Virus genome (UHGV): UHGV-0361696
Length of the DNA: 45,633 nucleotides
Direction: 5' to 3' (one strand)
DNA from: a virus
Below the pieces are notes generated by a model, which was not told the origin of the DNA, did no database searches, and was given only the letters and a program-made list of their open reading frames with translations. Position numbers and translations under genes: made by a program. Below, piece after piece: positions 37,924-45,633 of the stretch (positions within the stretch are counted from its first letter, which is position 1; every line of letters begins with the position of its first letter).

Positions 37924-38820
37924 ATGAGCCTGACAGACCCACTCGGTGCAGTGGGTCGCGTCAATAAGATGGTGCGCGATGTTGACGCCAGGTATGTGAC
38001 GCTAAAATCCCAGGTTGCCGAACTGTTCCGCGCCATTCCTGTGGCGACTGGTAACGCAGAGGCTGGAAATTATTATTATGATTTCTCTGCCTACCGTGCG
38101 TCGACATTCTTTGATGAACTTCAGCGCATTCTTGATAGTCAGCTGCTGGAGGCCGATGATTTCACGCATGGCAGGATGTGGGCATCATCCTATGTCAGCG
38201 ACGCCATGTATGCTGGTACGCAGAAGGCAAACTCAGACCTGAGTGACCTGTCGTCGGCATACAAAGACAGCAGGCCGCTTGCTGAAATCCTGTACTCTCA
38301 GCCGTATCTCGACAGGCTTCAACTTGCGTACACGCGCACGTATAACGACTGGGGTGGCCTCTCTGATTACACGCGGCAACAGGTGGCAGAGGTCATCACT
38401 GCTGGCATTGCAAATGGCGATGCTCCGGGAGTGGTTGAGCAAAACATCGTTAACCGCATGGATGTGTCAAGGAGCTATGCGCGGTCAATTGCTCAGACTG
38501 AAATCACCAACACCCTGCGCGAGGCTAACAGGCGCGAAGTGAAAGAGGCGCAGGTCACGCTGGGTATGGATACCATCATGCTCTGGCAGTCGGCGTTGAT
38601 TAAGACCACCCGCGTTACTCATGCCGCGCGTCATGGGAAATATTACACCCCGGAAGAGATTGATGAGTTCTACAGCGAAGGCGCAAACCGCCGTAACTGC
38701 CACTGTGCGCAAACCCCAGCACTGGTGATGGATGGCAAGCCTGTGATACTTGAAAAAACGCAGGAAAGACTCGATAAGCAGCGTGAAGCATGGCAGGATA
38801 CACACAAGAAAGCCGCCTGA
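37924..38820 (+). CDS. head morphogenesis protein (Mu F / SPP1 gp7-like); start uncertain (37876 or 37924)
   Basis: Position after the portal and size (about 300 aa). The track ORF's long 5' overlap with the portal gene is probably not translated. Confidence 0.5.
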   Translation: MSLTDPLGAVGRVNKMVRDVDARYVTLKSQVAELFRAIPVATGNAEAGNYYYDFSAYRASTFFDELQRILDSQLLEADDFTHGRMWASSYVSDAMYAGTQKANSDLSDLSSAYKDSRPLAEILYSQPYLDRLQLAYTRTYNDWGGLSDYTRQQVAEVITAGIANGDAPGVVEQNIVNRMDVSRSYARSIAQTEITNTLREANRREVKEAQVTLGMDTIMLWQSALIKTTRVTHAARHGKYYTPEEIDEFYSEGANRRNCHCAQTPALVMDGKPVILEKTQERLDKQREAWQDTHKKAA

Positions 38821-38858
38821 TGGCGGCTTAATTTCATCTAAGCATCATATTGCTTTAA

Positions 38859-39032
38859 TCATCCGGCGTTCATAGTTAGCGGCACCCAACCTTCTTTGAT
38901 TGCCATATCAATGCACTCAGAAAGAGTCGATGCCTTGATTGGGTTGCCCACCTCAGCATCATCGTAGGTGCGTTGAATCTGGTATCCATCAACAACGTAC
39001 AGTATTTCAACTTTACCGTGAAGGGTGTGCAT
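38859..39032 (-). CDS. hypothetical small protein (57 aa)
   Basis: Hand-translated as MHTLHGKVEILYVVDGYQIQR... Third gene of a minus cassette. Confidence 0.3.
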   Translation of the reverse strand: MHTLHGKVEILYVVDGYQIQRTYDDAEVGNPIKASTLSECIDMAIKEGWVPLTMNAG

Positions 39033-39036
39033 AGAC

Positions 39037-39177
39037 TCAAGTCATTCTATTTTGTTCATTTAAATAAACCTCTCTAAGCTCACCCATCACACTCAGCCAT
39101 GCTGCATGCTCATCCATGCCGCGCATCACCAGCTTAACGTAGCGATTGCGAGCCTTAAACATCAGGCGCGGGCACAT
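39037..39177 (-). CDS. hypothetical small protein (46 aa)
   Basis: ATG overlaps the stop of the upstream gene (TAATG). Confidence 0.3.
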   Translation of the reverse strand: MCPRLMFKARNRYVKLVMRGMDEHAAWLSVMGELREVYLNEQNRMT

Positions 39178-39467
39178 TATTTGTCGCCCATCGTTGACAG
39201 GCAGACTTCACGGGCGACAGCGGCCACTTCTTTCGGTGTCTTGTCTGTCATTTTGTATGCCCCATCAACGATGGCCTTGCTGAGTTGGTTAAATTCAGCG
39301 CTATACTGGCCTCCAAAAGAAACAATCAGCGCGAGCTGCTTTGATACGCCAGCATCACGGGCTTCTGCTACCGCTTCACCGAACTCACCAACTGCATTGC
39401 AAAACTCGCCAGCCGACGCACCAAATGAAGCCATTGCGAATACTGCTGCTGCGATTAATTTTTTCAT
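39177..39467 (-). CDS. secreted/periplasmic protein with signal peptide (96 aa)
   Basis: MKKLIAAAVFAMASFGASA-GEF resembles an SPase I signal peptide. Driven by a motif promoter near 39500-39526. Confidence 0.5.
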   Translation of the reverse strand: MKKLIAAAVFAMASFGASAGEFCNAVGEFGEAVAEARDAGVSKQLALIVSFGGQYSAEFNQLSKAIVDGAYKMTDKTPKEVAAVAREVCLSTMGDK

Positions 39468-39510
39468 TTTTTACTCTCCTGTGTTTGTGTATCTACATCA
39501 TCGCTTACGA

Positions 39511-39542
39511 TTCAATCTACGTCAAGACTATTGTGATAAAAT
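39511..39542. promoter_or_regulatory. divergent promoter region: TTCAATCTACGTCAAG motif plus extended -10 TGATAAAAT for the endolysin gene
   Basis: Motif at 39511-39526. TGATAAAAT at 39534-39542, 25 nt before the endolysin ATG. Confidence 0.45.
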
Positions 39543-39566
39543 AATCTGCATCACCGGAGGTAACAA

Positions 39567-40001
39567 ATGAAACTATCGCAGCGTGGCATTGATTTAATTA
39601 AACAATTCGAGGGTTACAGCTCGAAGGCATATCCAGACCCAGCCACTGGCGGAGCGCCGTGGACTATCGGTTACGGCACAATCAAAGGCGTTAAGCCAGG
39701 CATGATTATCACCGCTGAACAAGCGGAAAAGATGCTGCGTGACGACGTAGCGAAATTTGAAAGCGGCGTCTCATCACTCATCACCGCCCCAACCACTCAG
39801 GGCCAGTTTGATGCAATGGTGTCGCTGGCCTACAACATTGGCCTTGGTAACTTTGGTAAATCAACTCTGCTGAAAAAGCATAATGCCCGCTGCTACACCT
39901 GTGCCGCCGACCAGTTCCGGGTATGGAATCGCGCTAATGGCAAGGTCATGAACGGACTCACAAAGCGCCGCGCAGCAGAACGTCAGGTTTACATGTCATG
40001 A
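39567..40001 (+). CDS. endolysin (T4-type lysozyme, GH24)
   Basis: FEGYSSKAYPDPATGGAPWTIGYGT signature. Confidence 0.8.
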   Translation: MKLSQRGIDLIKQFEGYSSKAYPDPATGGAPWTIGYGTIKGVKPGMIITAEQAEKMLRDDVAKFESGVSSLITAPTTQGQFDAMVSLAYNIGLGNFGKSTLLKKHNARCYTCAADQFRVWNRANGKVMNGLTKRRAAERQVYMS

Positions 40002-40231
40002 GGCGCCTCAGTAACTGGCTTATCGGCATTTGGGCGTCATTCTGCTCGCTGATTCAGCTCTGGCCTGATGCTATGGTTCATGTTTGGGCTTTCATGCCGG
40101 AAGACCTCAAATCTGCCATTCCACCGATTGCGGTCAAGGCAATCAGCTACAGCATCCTTCTTGCCTCGCTGTTTGGGAAAATGCACGGCATGAAGAAAGA
40201 GATTAAGGCGCTGAAAAATGACCAGAATTAA
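39998..40231 (+). CDS. holin (two predicted TM helices)
   Basis: 77 aa with WLIGIWASFCSLIQLW and AISYSILLASLFG segments. Coupled to the endolysin gene. Confidence 0.5.
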   Translation: MRRLSNWLIGIWASFCSLIQLWPDAMVHVWAFMPEDLKSAIPPIAVKAISYSILLASLFGKMHGMKKEIKALKNDQN

Positions 40232-40598
40232 GTTAATTCTAATCGCCATGGGCGTCGCGGTAATCATCGCTGCATCTGGTTATGGCGCTGGATACCTGAA
40301 AGGATGGTATGCGCACAGCGAAAAAGTTAATCGTGACGCAGAAAAGCGCAGGCAGGTGGTGCAAAGCAAGCAGGCTAAGTCCACGACACAATCTCAGCAG
40401 GTGCGCGTTGTGACTGAAACCAAATACAAAACCATTTACCGTGACGTGGTGAAATATGTCTCCGACCCGAATCGTAATGTGTGTGTTTTTGATGACAACT
40501 ATCAGCGGTTGCGCCAACAATCCCTCGACGCCGACGCCTCCATCAGCAGAGATGCTGGGTCAGGTGTGCGAATTGTCGAAAGTGGCGCCAAAAAATAG
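40218..40598 (+). CDS. i-spanin (Rz-like)
   Basis: N-terminal TM (ILIAMGVAVIIAASGY) followed by a charged, coiled-coil-like periplasmic region. Confidence 0.6.
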   Translation: MTRIKLILIAMGVAVIIAASGYGAGYLKGWYAHSEKVNRDAEKRRQVVQSKQAKSTTQSQQVRVVTETKYKTIYRDVVKYVSDPNRNVCVFDDNYQRLRQQSLDADASISRDAGSGVRIVESGAKK

Positions 40599-40704
40599 CG
40601 ATGAAAGTATCGTTATGGAGAACCAGAACACGGAGTGCGCCACAAAAAGAAAGATGACGATTTACGACTGGCAGGATTGGTATCGTGACAATTTTGGTAA
40701 GTGA
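40456..40704 (+). CDS. o-spanin (Rz1-like lipoprotein), overlapped with the i-spanin gene
   Basis: Lipobox TISG|C, Pro-rich. Starts in the +1 frame inside the i-spanin gene and extends past it. Confidence 0.6.
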   Translation: MSPTRIVMCVFLMTTISGCANNPSTPTPPSAEMLGQVCELSKVAPKNSDESIVMENQNTECATKRKMTIYDWQDWYRDNFGK

Positions 40705-40857
40705 GATGATATGAAAGAAGGAATCGCAAAGCAAAAATACAACAAGATGGCGTCTAATGTGGCGTTAGGAAGGGCTGGCTATCAACCAGCGCGCAAAAGC
40801 CGGTATAGCAAGTCGGCAAAAGATGAATATGGCCCCGCGCCACAATTACTGTAGCAA

Positions 40858-40888
40858 TAAAAAAGCCCCGTAAAGGGGCTTTGTTTTA
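40858..40888. terminator. bidirectional terminator
   Basis: AGCCCCGTAAAGGGGCT flanked by A-run and T-run. Confidence 0.6.
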
Positions 40889-40907
40889 ACCTTCTCCGTA
40901 TCCAATG

Positions 40908-41123
40908 TCACGCATAAAGCGCCTCCATTTTGTACCCAAACATGATTGCGTTTTGATGCTCAACACTACCAGTAAACGCCAGATATCGGCGCCCACGATT
41001 GCTGGTGATGATGTAGGCTGCTGGTTCGCTGATCCTCGGAATGTGGTAATCACGCTGAGCAGGCTCCTGTAACTCTACCATATCAATTTCAATGCGCGGC
41101 ACGGGGTCTTGTATTGGCATCAC
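40908..41123 (-). CDS. hypothetical protein (71 aa)
   Basis: Last gene of a minus cassette. Confidence 0.4.
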   Translation of the reverse strand: MMPIQDPVPRIEIDMVELQEPAQRDYHIPRISEPAAYIITSNRGRRYLAFTGSVEHQNAIMFGYKMEALYA

Positions 41124-41593
41124 TTTACCTCCCCATTCAGTTCATTAACAATTAATGTTGCATAGCCAGCAATGTCTTTCCAGCTATCGTCATATGTCGG
41201 GTCGCCATTCAGGATGCGACCGATTTTATGCTGAATCATGTCGAGCGCTTCCTTCTGGCTCGCCGTCAGTTTGTTCCAGCCGTCAACGTCTCGCATGGTG
41301 TCTTTCAGTGACTGCATGATTTCTGCGCCGTCTTTGAATTTGCCATAACGGTTGCCGCGCTCGGTGATGAGGGCTTCTGTTGAGATGGTGCGCCAATTCA
41401 AGTCATCATCAGTTACTGGCTCACGATGGGCGATAACAATATCGCCAGCCTTTTCGATATCCTTATCTCGCCCTGCATAATCCGCGCTGAGGTAGTGGAT
41501 TTTGCCACTGGTTGCTGACTTCACAGCAAGAACGGCATCTTCATGACCATTAAAATAATCAGCACTTCCTTTCAGGTATTTGTATTTCATCAC
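41120..41593 (-). CDS. hypothetical protein (157 aa)
   Basis: ORF track. ATGA-coupled. No family recognised. Confidence 0.45.
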   Translation of the reverse strand: MMKYKYLKGSADYFNGHEDAVLAVKSATSGKIHYLSADYAGRDKDIEKAGDIVIAHREPVTDDDLNWRTISTEALITERGNRYGKFKDGAEIMQSLKDTMRDVDGWNKLTASQKEALDMIQHKIGRILNGDPTYDDSWKDIAGYATLIVNELNGEVK

Positions 41594-41790
41594 TCCACCC
41601 TCAACGTAACTTTGTTTTTCTCATCCACGCTGAAGTGCTCACGCACAAACGCATACATTTCTTCAGCGCTCCATTCCCGCATTGCTACATAGCAGTGCGC
41701 GTAATATCTGACATCTCGCAGGCTTAACGGCTGGCGCTTAGCGATAATATCAGTCAGTACTTCCAGTGGTTCTTTGCGTTGTCTCGCCAT
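41590..41790 (-). CDS. hypothetical protein (66 aa)
   Basis: First gene after the motif-containing promoter region 41815-41860. Confidence 0.4.
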   Translation of the reverse strand: MARQRKEPLEVLTDIIAKRQPLSLRDVRYYAHCYVAMREWSAEEMYAFVREHFSVDEKNKVTLRVE

Positions 41791-41885
41791 TGCCTCTCTC
41801 CTGTGAAATCATCTTGACTAATCTACGTCAATTAGTCAATACTAGGTGTTGTAGATTGTATCATAGTTGCTAGGAGTGGTGTGGA

Positions 41886-42101
41886 ATGAAAAAGTGGCAG
41901 GAGGTGACAGAAGTTCATAAGCGCGATTGCAGGGAGACTCTGCAAATGCTTAATGTGCCAGAGTCAATCATTAAATCTATCGAGCAGCGCATTGATCTGG
42001 CTGCTATGGAGGCCGCCCATGAAGCCGAGGAAGCGCAAATGTTGTCATGGATGGACAGAACTTTACCGGGCGTTTTGCATCGTGGTAAGACTACCGATTG
42101 A
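41886..42101 (+). CDS. hypothetical protein (71 aa)
   Basis: RBS AGGAGTGGTG. ORF track. Confidence 0.4.
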   Translation: MKKWQEVTEVHKRDCRETLQMLNVPESIIKSIEQRIDLAAMEAAHEAEEAQMLSWMDRTLPGVLHRGKTTD

Positions 42102-42184
42102 AGATGATGACGGGTATCTGCACAACCATAGTCAGGTGCTCAAATATTATGGCGTTCACTACAAAGTGCTGATGGAGAGAAAAA

Positions 42185-42376
42185 ATGAATACTGATCAGG
42201 TGTACGAAAAAGAATTGCTGAACAAGCTGGAAGAACTCGACCGCACTCGCGCCTGGGTTGAAAGCGAATTGCGCGAAGTTCGCAACCGCATGCAGCGGAA
42301 GGTTAACCGCGAAATTATCGAATGGCGCGAAGGGCGCCCGCATTTCAGCAATATTGGTGAATGGGTGGCGAAATGA
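42185..42376 (+). CDS. hypothetical protein (63 aa), coiled-coil
   Basis: ORF track. Confidence 0.35.
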   Translation: MNTDQVYEKELLNKLEELDRTRAWVESELREVRNRMQRKVNREIIEWREGRPHFSNIGEWVAK

Positions 42377-42603
42377 AACCAATGATGAATGATGAGAAAT
42401 TACTAGAGTGTCCGTTTTGCGGTAGTGAAAATTCCATGCGGAACAAGGAGGGGCAATGGCATTTTGTAGTATGCCAGGATTGCGGATGCCGTACTGATGA
42501 TTGGATGGTTGCGGCGACAGCAATCATTAAATGGAATACAAGAGGTGGGTTTGTTTATAGTAATTCTGATTACGAGGATATCAATGATGAAGTGCGATCT
42601 TAA
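42361..42603 (+). CDS. Lar-family restriction alleviation-like zinc-ribbon protein
   Basis: CPFCGSE...17 aa...CQDCGC pattern and small size (80 aa), as in Lar/Ral-type proteins. Confidence 0.45.
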   Translation: MGGEMKPMMNDEKLLECPFCGSENSMRNKEGQWHFVVCQDCGCRTDDWMVAATAIIKWNTRGGFVYSNSDYEDINDEVRS

Positions 42604-43108
42604 TCATGAGGTTGTTTTGTCGTTAATCAATTATAACCCAGAGTCTGGGGAATTCACCAGAAAGAATGGAAAGCAATGCGGTACAAAAACAACGAAGGGG
42701 TACATCCATGTGCGATTGCTTGGTAAAAAGCGTCTTGCGCATCGTTTGGCTTGGTTTTATGTCTACGGCGAATGGCCAGAGCATGAAATTGACCATATTA
42801 ACGGAGTAAAGGATGACAACAGGATATGCAATCTAAGGAAGGCAACAAGACAACAAAATGAATGGAACAAGCCGCAGCCAAGCACCAACACGTCTGGCGT
42901 CAAGGGTGTGCGGTTTATGTCAAGTAGAGGAAAATGGCGTGCTGATTGCGTGAGAAAAACACTTGGTTACTTTGACACAAAGCAAGATGCTATTAATGCG
43001 TTAATTAAGCACAGGAGTGAAAAACAAGGGGAATTCAAAAATCACGGCCACCTCTACACCGCTGACGACTACAAGCAAGATGCAATGGAGCGCGCAAATG
43101 GACTTTAA
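42584..43108 (+). CDS. HNH-AP2 homing endonuclease (paralogue 3 of 3)
   Basis: AHRLAWFYVYGEWPEHEIDHINGVKDDNRICNLR plus NTSGVKGVRFMSSRGKWRA. Start chosen at MMKCD (GAGG RBS). Overlaps the 3' end of the Lar-like gene. AT-rich. Confidence 0.8.
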   Translation: MMKCDLNHEVVLSLINYNPESGEFTRKNGKQCGTKTTKGYIHVRLLGKKRLAHRLAWFYVYGEWPEHEIDHINGVKDDNRICNLRKATRQQNEWNKPQPSTNTSGVKGVRFMSSRGKWRADCVRKTLGYFDTKQDAINALIKHRSEKQGEFKNHGHLYTADDYKQDAMERANGL

Positions 43109-43568
43109 AACACAAATACTCACGGTGATAGAGCGCTGCGGCGGCGCAACCAATGCCATGATACGCAAGCAGACTGGCATGACAAACCGAGCCAGCGTTA
43201 CTGGTTATCTGATTGAGCTTGAGGGCATGGGATTTATTATTAAAGAGGAAAGCGTAAGCCATGGCAGGCGCTGCTTTAAGTATTTCCTCAATCCCGATAA
43301 TACTGCGCTTGACCTGGCAATTCAGACCTATCTTGAGGCGAACCCGGGACGCAAGAGCAAGCAGATAGCAGAGGCTGTAGGCGTCAATTACACCATCCTC
43401 AAGGCGCGCATGCGCTATCTGGCAAGCATTGGTCAGGTTGACCGTGAAATGCTTCCCGGCGGAGCATGGAAATATTACTGGCAGGAAATCATTCCGTTTG
43501 GAATGAGTCGTGACAGGATGATGTTTGAAAAGCTACTTGCCGGGGCGCGTCAGTCATGTGGGCGGTAA
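43098..43568 (+). CDS. winged-helix DNA-binding protein (MarR-like), possible transcription regulator
   Basis: NAMIRKQTGMTNRASVTGYLIELEGMGFI resembles a wHTH recognition region. Start overlaps the HNH gene end. Confidence 0.45.
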   Translation: MDFKTQILTVIERCGGATNAMIRKQTGMTNRASVTGYLIELEGMGFIIKEESVSHGRRCFKYFLNPDNTALDLAIQTYLEANPGRKSKQIAEAVGVNYTILKARMRYLASIGQVDREMLPGGAWKYYWQEIIPFGMSRDRMMFEKLLAGARQSCGR

Positions 43569-43831
43569 AGCATAAATCAGGAACCGTGCTGTTTGTCACC
43601 AGCTGTGAGCGCACGGCCAGTAATCGCAGAGAGATGGGGTGGATAGTGGAACAAAGAAAATGCAGAGTAACAATTGAGTGGCTAAACGGAAAGAAAAGCA
43701 CCTTCTTCGCTGATGGATGCGCGGAGATGGATAACAGCATCATGCTGTCAGTTAATGGCACTGATTTGCATATTCCATGGCAAAACATGATCGATGGCGA
43801 GATTAAGTATTTTGATGAGGGTGAGAAATGA
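43556..43831 (+). CDS. hypothetical protein (91 aa)
   Basis: ORF track. Confidence 0.4.
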   Translation: MWAVKHKSGTVLFVTSCERTASNRREMGWIVEQRKCRVTIEWLNGKKSTFFADGCAEMDNSIMLSVNGTDLHIPWQNMIDGEIKYFDEGEK

Positions 43832-44172
43832 AACTACAACTTAACGAAATCATGGAAGCAACAATTAGCGAGCTGGATGACATTGATATGACGCTTGCCT
43901 TTGAGATTGAGGCTATCGAGCGTCAGCTTGCTGGCAATCAGAATGGAAATAAGGTATGGAGAGAGAAGGCCATGAAGGCAAAGGGACATATGCAGCGCAC
44001 CCGCGCGCTGGTTCGCACTCGCCTTGATAAGCTCTACTACGGCGAAGAAAGAATGTTGCACGGCGCCATTCTGGCTGAAATCCGCAAAACGATGCCTGTC
44101 GGGAAATTCATGGATGCCGTAAACCGCGCAAAAGTTAACTGCGGAATGTTAAATAAGAATGGTCCTCAATAA
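43828..44172 (+). CDS. hypothetical protein (114 aa)
   Basis: ORF track. Coupled. Confidence 0.4.
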   Translation: MKLQLNEIMEATISELDDIDMTLAFEIEAIERQLAGNQNGNKVWREKAMKAKGHMQRTRALVRTRLDKLYYGEERMLHGAILAEIRKTMPVGKFMDAVNRAKVNCGMLNKNGPQ

Positions 44173-44216
44173 ATTCTCTTCCGTGGCTGTTACCTTGCAC
44201 TCAGGAGGTAGCAGCC

Positions 44217-44339
44217 ATGCCAATCATACTGATATCATTCTTTGCTACTCTTTTCGCTTTTACCGCATCTCCGCTTTACCTTCTCGCGTCCGTTTCGTGG
44301 TGCATATTCATGGTGTGTTATAATCCGGGCATAAAGTAA
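44217..44339 (+). CDS. small hydrophobic peptide (40 aa)
   Basis: Strong RBS CAGGAGGTAGCAGCC-ATG. Translation MPIILISFFATLFAFTASPLYLLASVSWCIFMVCYNPGIK. Its 3' end contains the extended -10 TGTTATAAT (44316-44326). Confidence 0.3.
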   Translation: MPIILISFFATLFAFTASPLYLLASVSWCIFMVCYNPGIK

Positions 44340-44354
44340 GCGCGGAGAAAGGTC

Positions 44355-45633
44355 ATGATTGTCAAAATTGGCGACAAGTGGGTCGTTAAATCTAAGGATG
44401 GCTCGCACCAGTTTGGCGAGTACGACACCGAAGAGGCGGCGAAAAAGCGCCTTGCTGAGGTGGAGGCATTCAAGCACATGAATAATAAATTACAGGTTAA
44501 CATCCTGTATACCATCAACTCAGCCAGCAATATCAGTGAAAAAGTCATTGATGGCGACCCGCATTATGTCATCAAGAATGTTGTGCCGGTTGTGGATGAC
44601 ATTGTCATGAATGGCGGCCTGTACCCTGGCGATGAGATTAAAAAATCATTCCATGGGCTTGACGGGAAGCCAGCGCCATATGGCCACCCAAAGATTGACG
44701 GCAAATATGTGTCGGCCAACATGACGCGAGCCGCCAACCAGTTCAGTGTTGGCGCATGGATTGAGAACTCATCTCATGACGGCAGCAAGGCGCTGGTCGA
44801 CCTTTATATTAATAAGGTGGTGGCTGAGCGCTCTGATAAAGGCAAAGAATTGCTGTCGCGCATTGACGGACTCAAAGTTAATAGCGCCGATGCCGAACCT
44901 GTTCAGGTGTCTACCGGCCTGTTACTCAACCGTGAGCAGGCATCAGGAACTTCCAAGGGTAAAAAATATTCATGGATTGCCAGGAATATGGAATGGGATC
45001 ACCTCGCAATTCTTCCGCCTGGCATTCCCGGTGCTGGCGGCCCTGCTGATGGTGTCGGTATCTTTGCTGCTAACGGCGAAGAAATTGAGCGCGTTGTAGT
45101 CAACCTTGAGGAATCGGCAATGACCGACGAAAGTGCAAACAAAATCAAATGGTGGCAGCGCGCCATCAATCGCCTGACTGGCAACCAGCTGTCATTCACC
45201 GATATTACGGAGCAGCTTCGCAATATCATCAAGGCAGAGACTCAGGCTGATGTATGGCCCTATATCGTCGCTGTTTATGATAATTACTTCGGAGTTGAGA
45301 TTGACGGCACCATTTATATGCAGTCCTACATCGTCCGCGAGGATATGGTAGAATTAGTCGGTGAACGGGTTAAGGCTGTTTATAAGACAGAGCTTGAACC
45401 GGTAAAAACAACTCAAGGGGAAATCTCAATGACTAACGAGGAATTACAGGCTGTATTAGCCGATGCCCTCAAACCGGTTCAGGAATCGTTGACCGCAGTC
45501 AACCAGAAACTGGCCGATGTGGAGGCGCAAAACAAAACCCTGCGCGACCAGCTGCAAGCCAATGCCGCACAGGAAGAAACCGCAATGCGCGCCGCCATTA
45601 TGGCTGAGCTGAAGTTGCCGGAATCTGCTGTTA
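44355..45633 (+). CDS. scaffold / prohead protease-like protein (5' part; continues at window start)
   Basis: Long ORF with no stop before the window end. The C-terminal half is coiled-coil (LQAVLADALKPVQESLTAVNQKLADVEAQNKTLRDQLQ). Located immediately upstream of the decoration and capsid genes on the circular map. Confidence 0.5.
   Translation, partial: MIVKIGDKWVVKSKDGSHQFGEYDTEEAAKKRLAEVEAFKHMNNKLQVNILYTINSASNISEKVIDGDPHYVIKNVVPVVDDIVMNGGLYPGDEIKKSFHGLDGKPAPYGHPKIDGKYVSANMTRAANQFSVGAWIENSSHDGSKALVDLYINKVVAERSDKGKELLSRIDGLKVNSADAEPVQVSTGLLLNREQASGTSKGKKYSWIARNMEWDHLAILPPGIPGAGGPADGVGIFAANGEEIERVVVNLEESAMTDESANKIKWWQRAINRLTGNQLSFTDITEQLRNIIKAETQADVWPYIVAVYDNYFGVEIDGTIYMQSYIVREDMVELVGERVKAVYKTELEPVKTTQGEISMTNEELQAVLADALKPVQESLTAVNQKLADVEAQNKTLRDQLQANAAQEETAMRAAIMAELKLPESAV

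Noticed and set aside
36456-38036. Antisense ORFs within the portal gene (36456-36989, 37185-38036)
   Set aside because: They are embedded opposite a long, well-supported portal ORF and have no independent signals.
40711-40854. 47-aa basic ORF after the o-spanin (MKEGIAKQKYNKMASNVALGRAGYQPARKSRYSKSAKDEYGPAPQLL)
   Set aside because: It is plausible given its position before the terminator, but has no distinctive signal beyond an ATG. Too short to call.

Overview
The window reads as a complete, circularly permuted dsDNA phage genome of about 45.6 kb with T1-like (siphovirus) architecture and an enterobacterial host signature (the SSB is close to E. coli SSB). The linearisation point lies inside a scaffold/protease-like gene, and that ORF reads in frame across the window ends. 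The gene order is: head decoration protein, major capsid protein, head-tail joining genes, two tRNAs, major tail protein with an Ig-like C-terminus, tail chaperone, 1093-aa tape measure, M/L/K/I-J-like tail tip genes, tail fibre. A minus-strand replication and recombination block follows (ssb, Sak4-like ATPase, PD-(D/E)XK exonuclease, VRR-NUC, SF2 helicase, primase-like protein, a 551-aa protein). Then come an iteron-rich origin-like region, an early plus-strand cluster, terS, an intein-containing terL, portal, an Mu F-like head protein, and the lysis cassette (endolysin, holin, embedded spanins). Accessory content is unusually rich. The main accessory items are: (1) a truncated beta-clamp (DnaN domain II-III) homologue in an operon with a ParB-like nuclease; (2) a LAGLIDADG intein in the P-loop of terL; (3) three paralogous HNH-AP2 homing endonucleases; (4) a Lar-like anti-restriction gene; (5) at least six minus-strand cassettes driven by a recurring TTGACGTAGATTGAG-type promoter motif; (6) a low-GC swapped tail-fibre distal module. 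All assignments are from reading the sequence and ORF track, with no database searches run.
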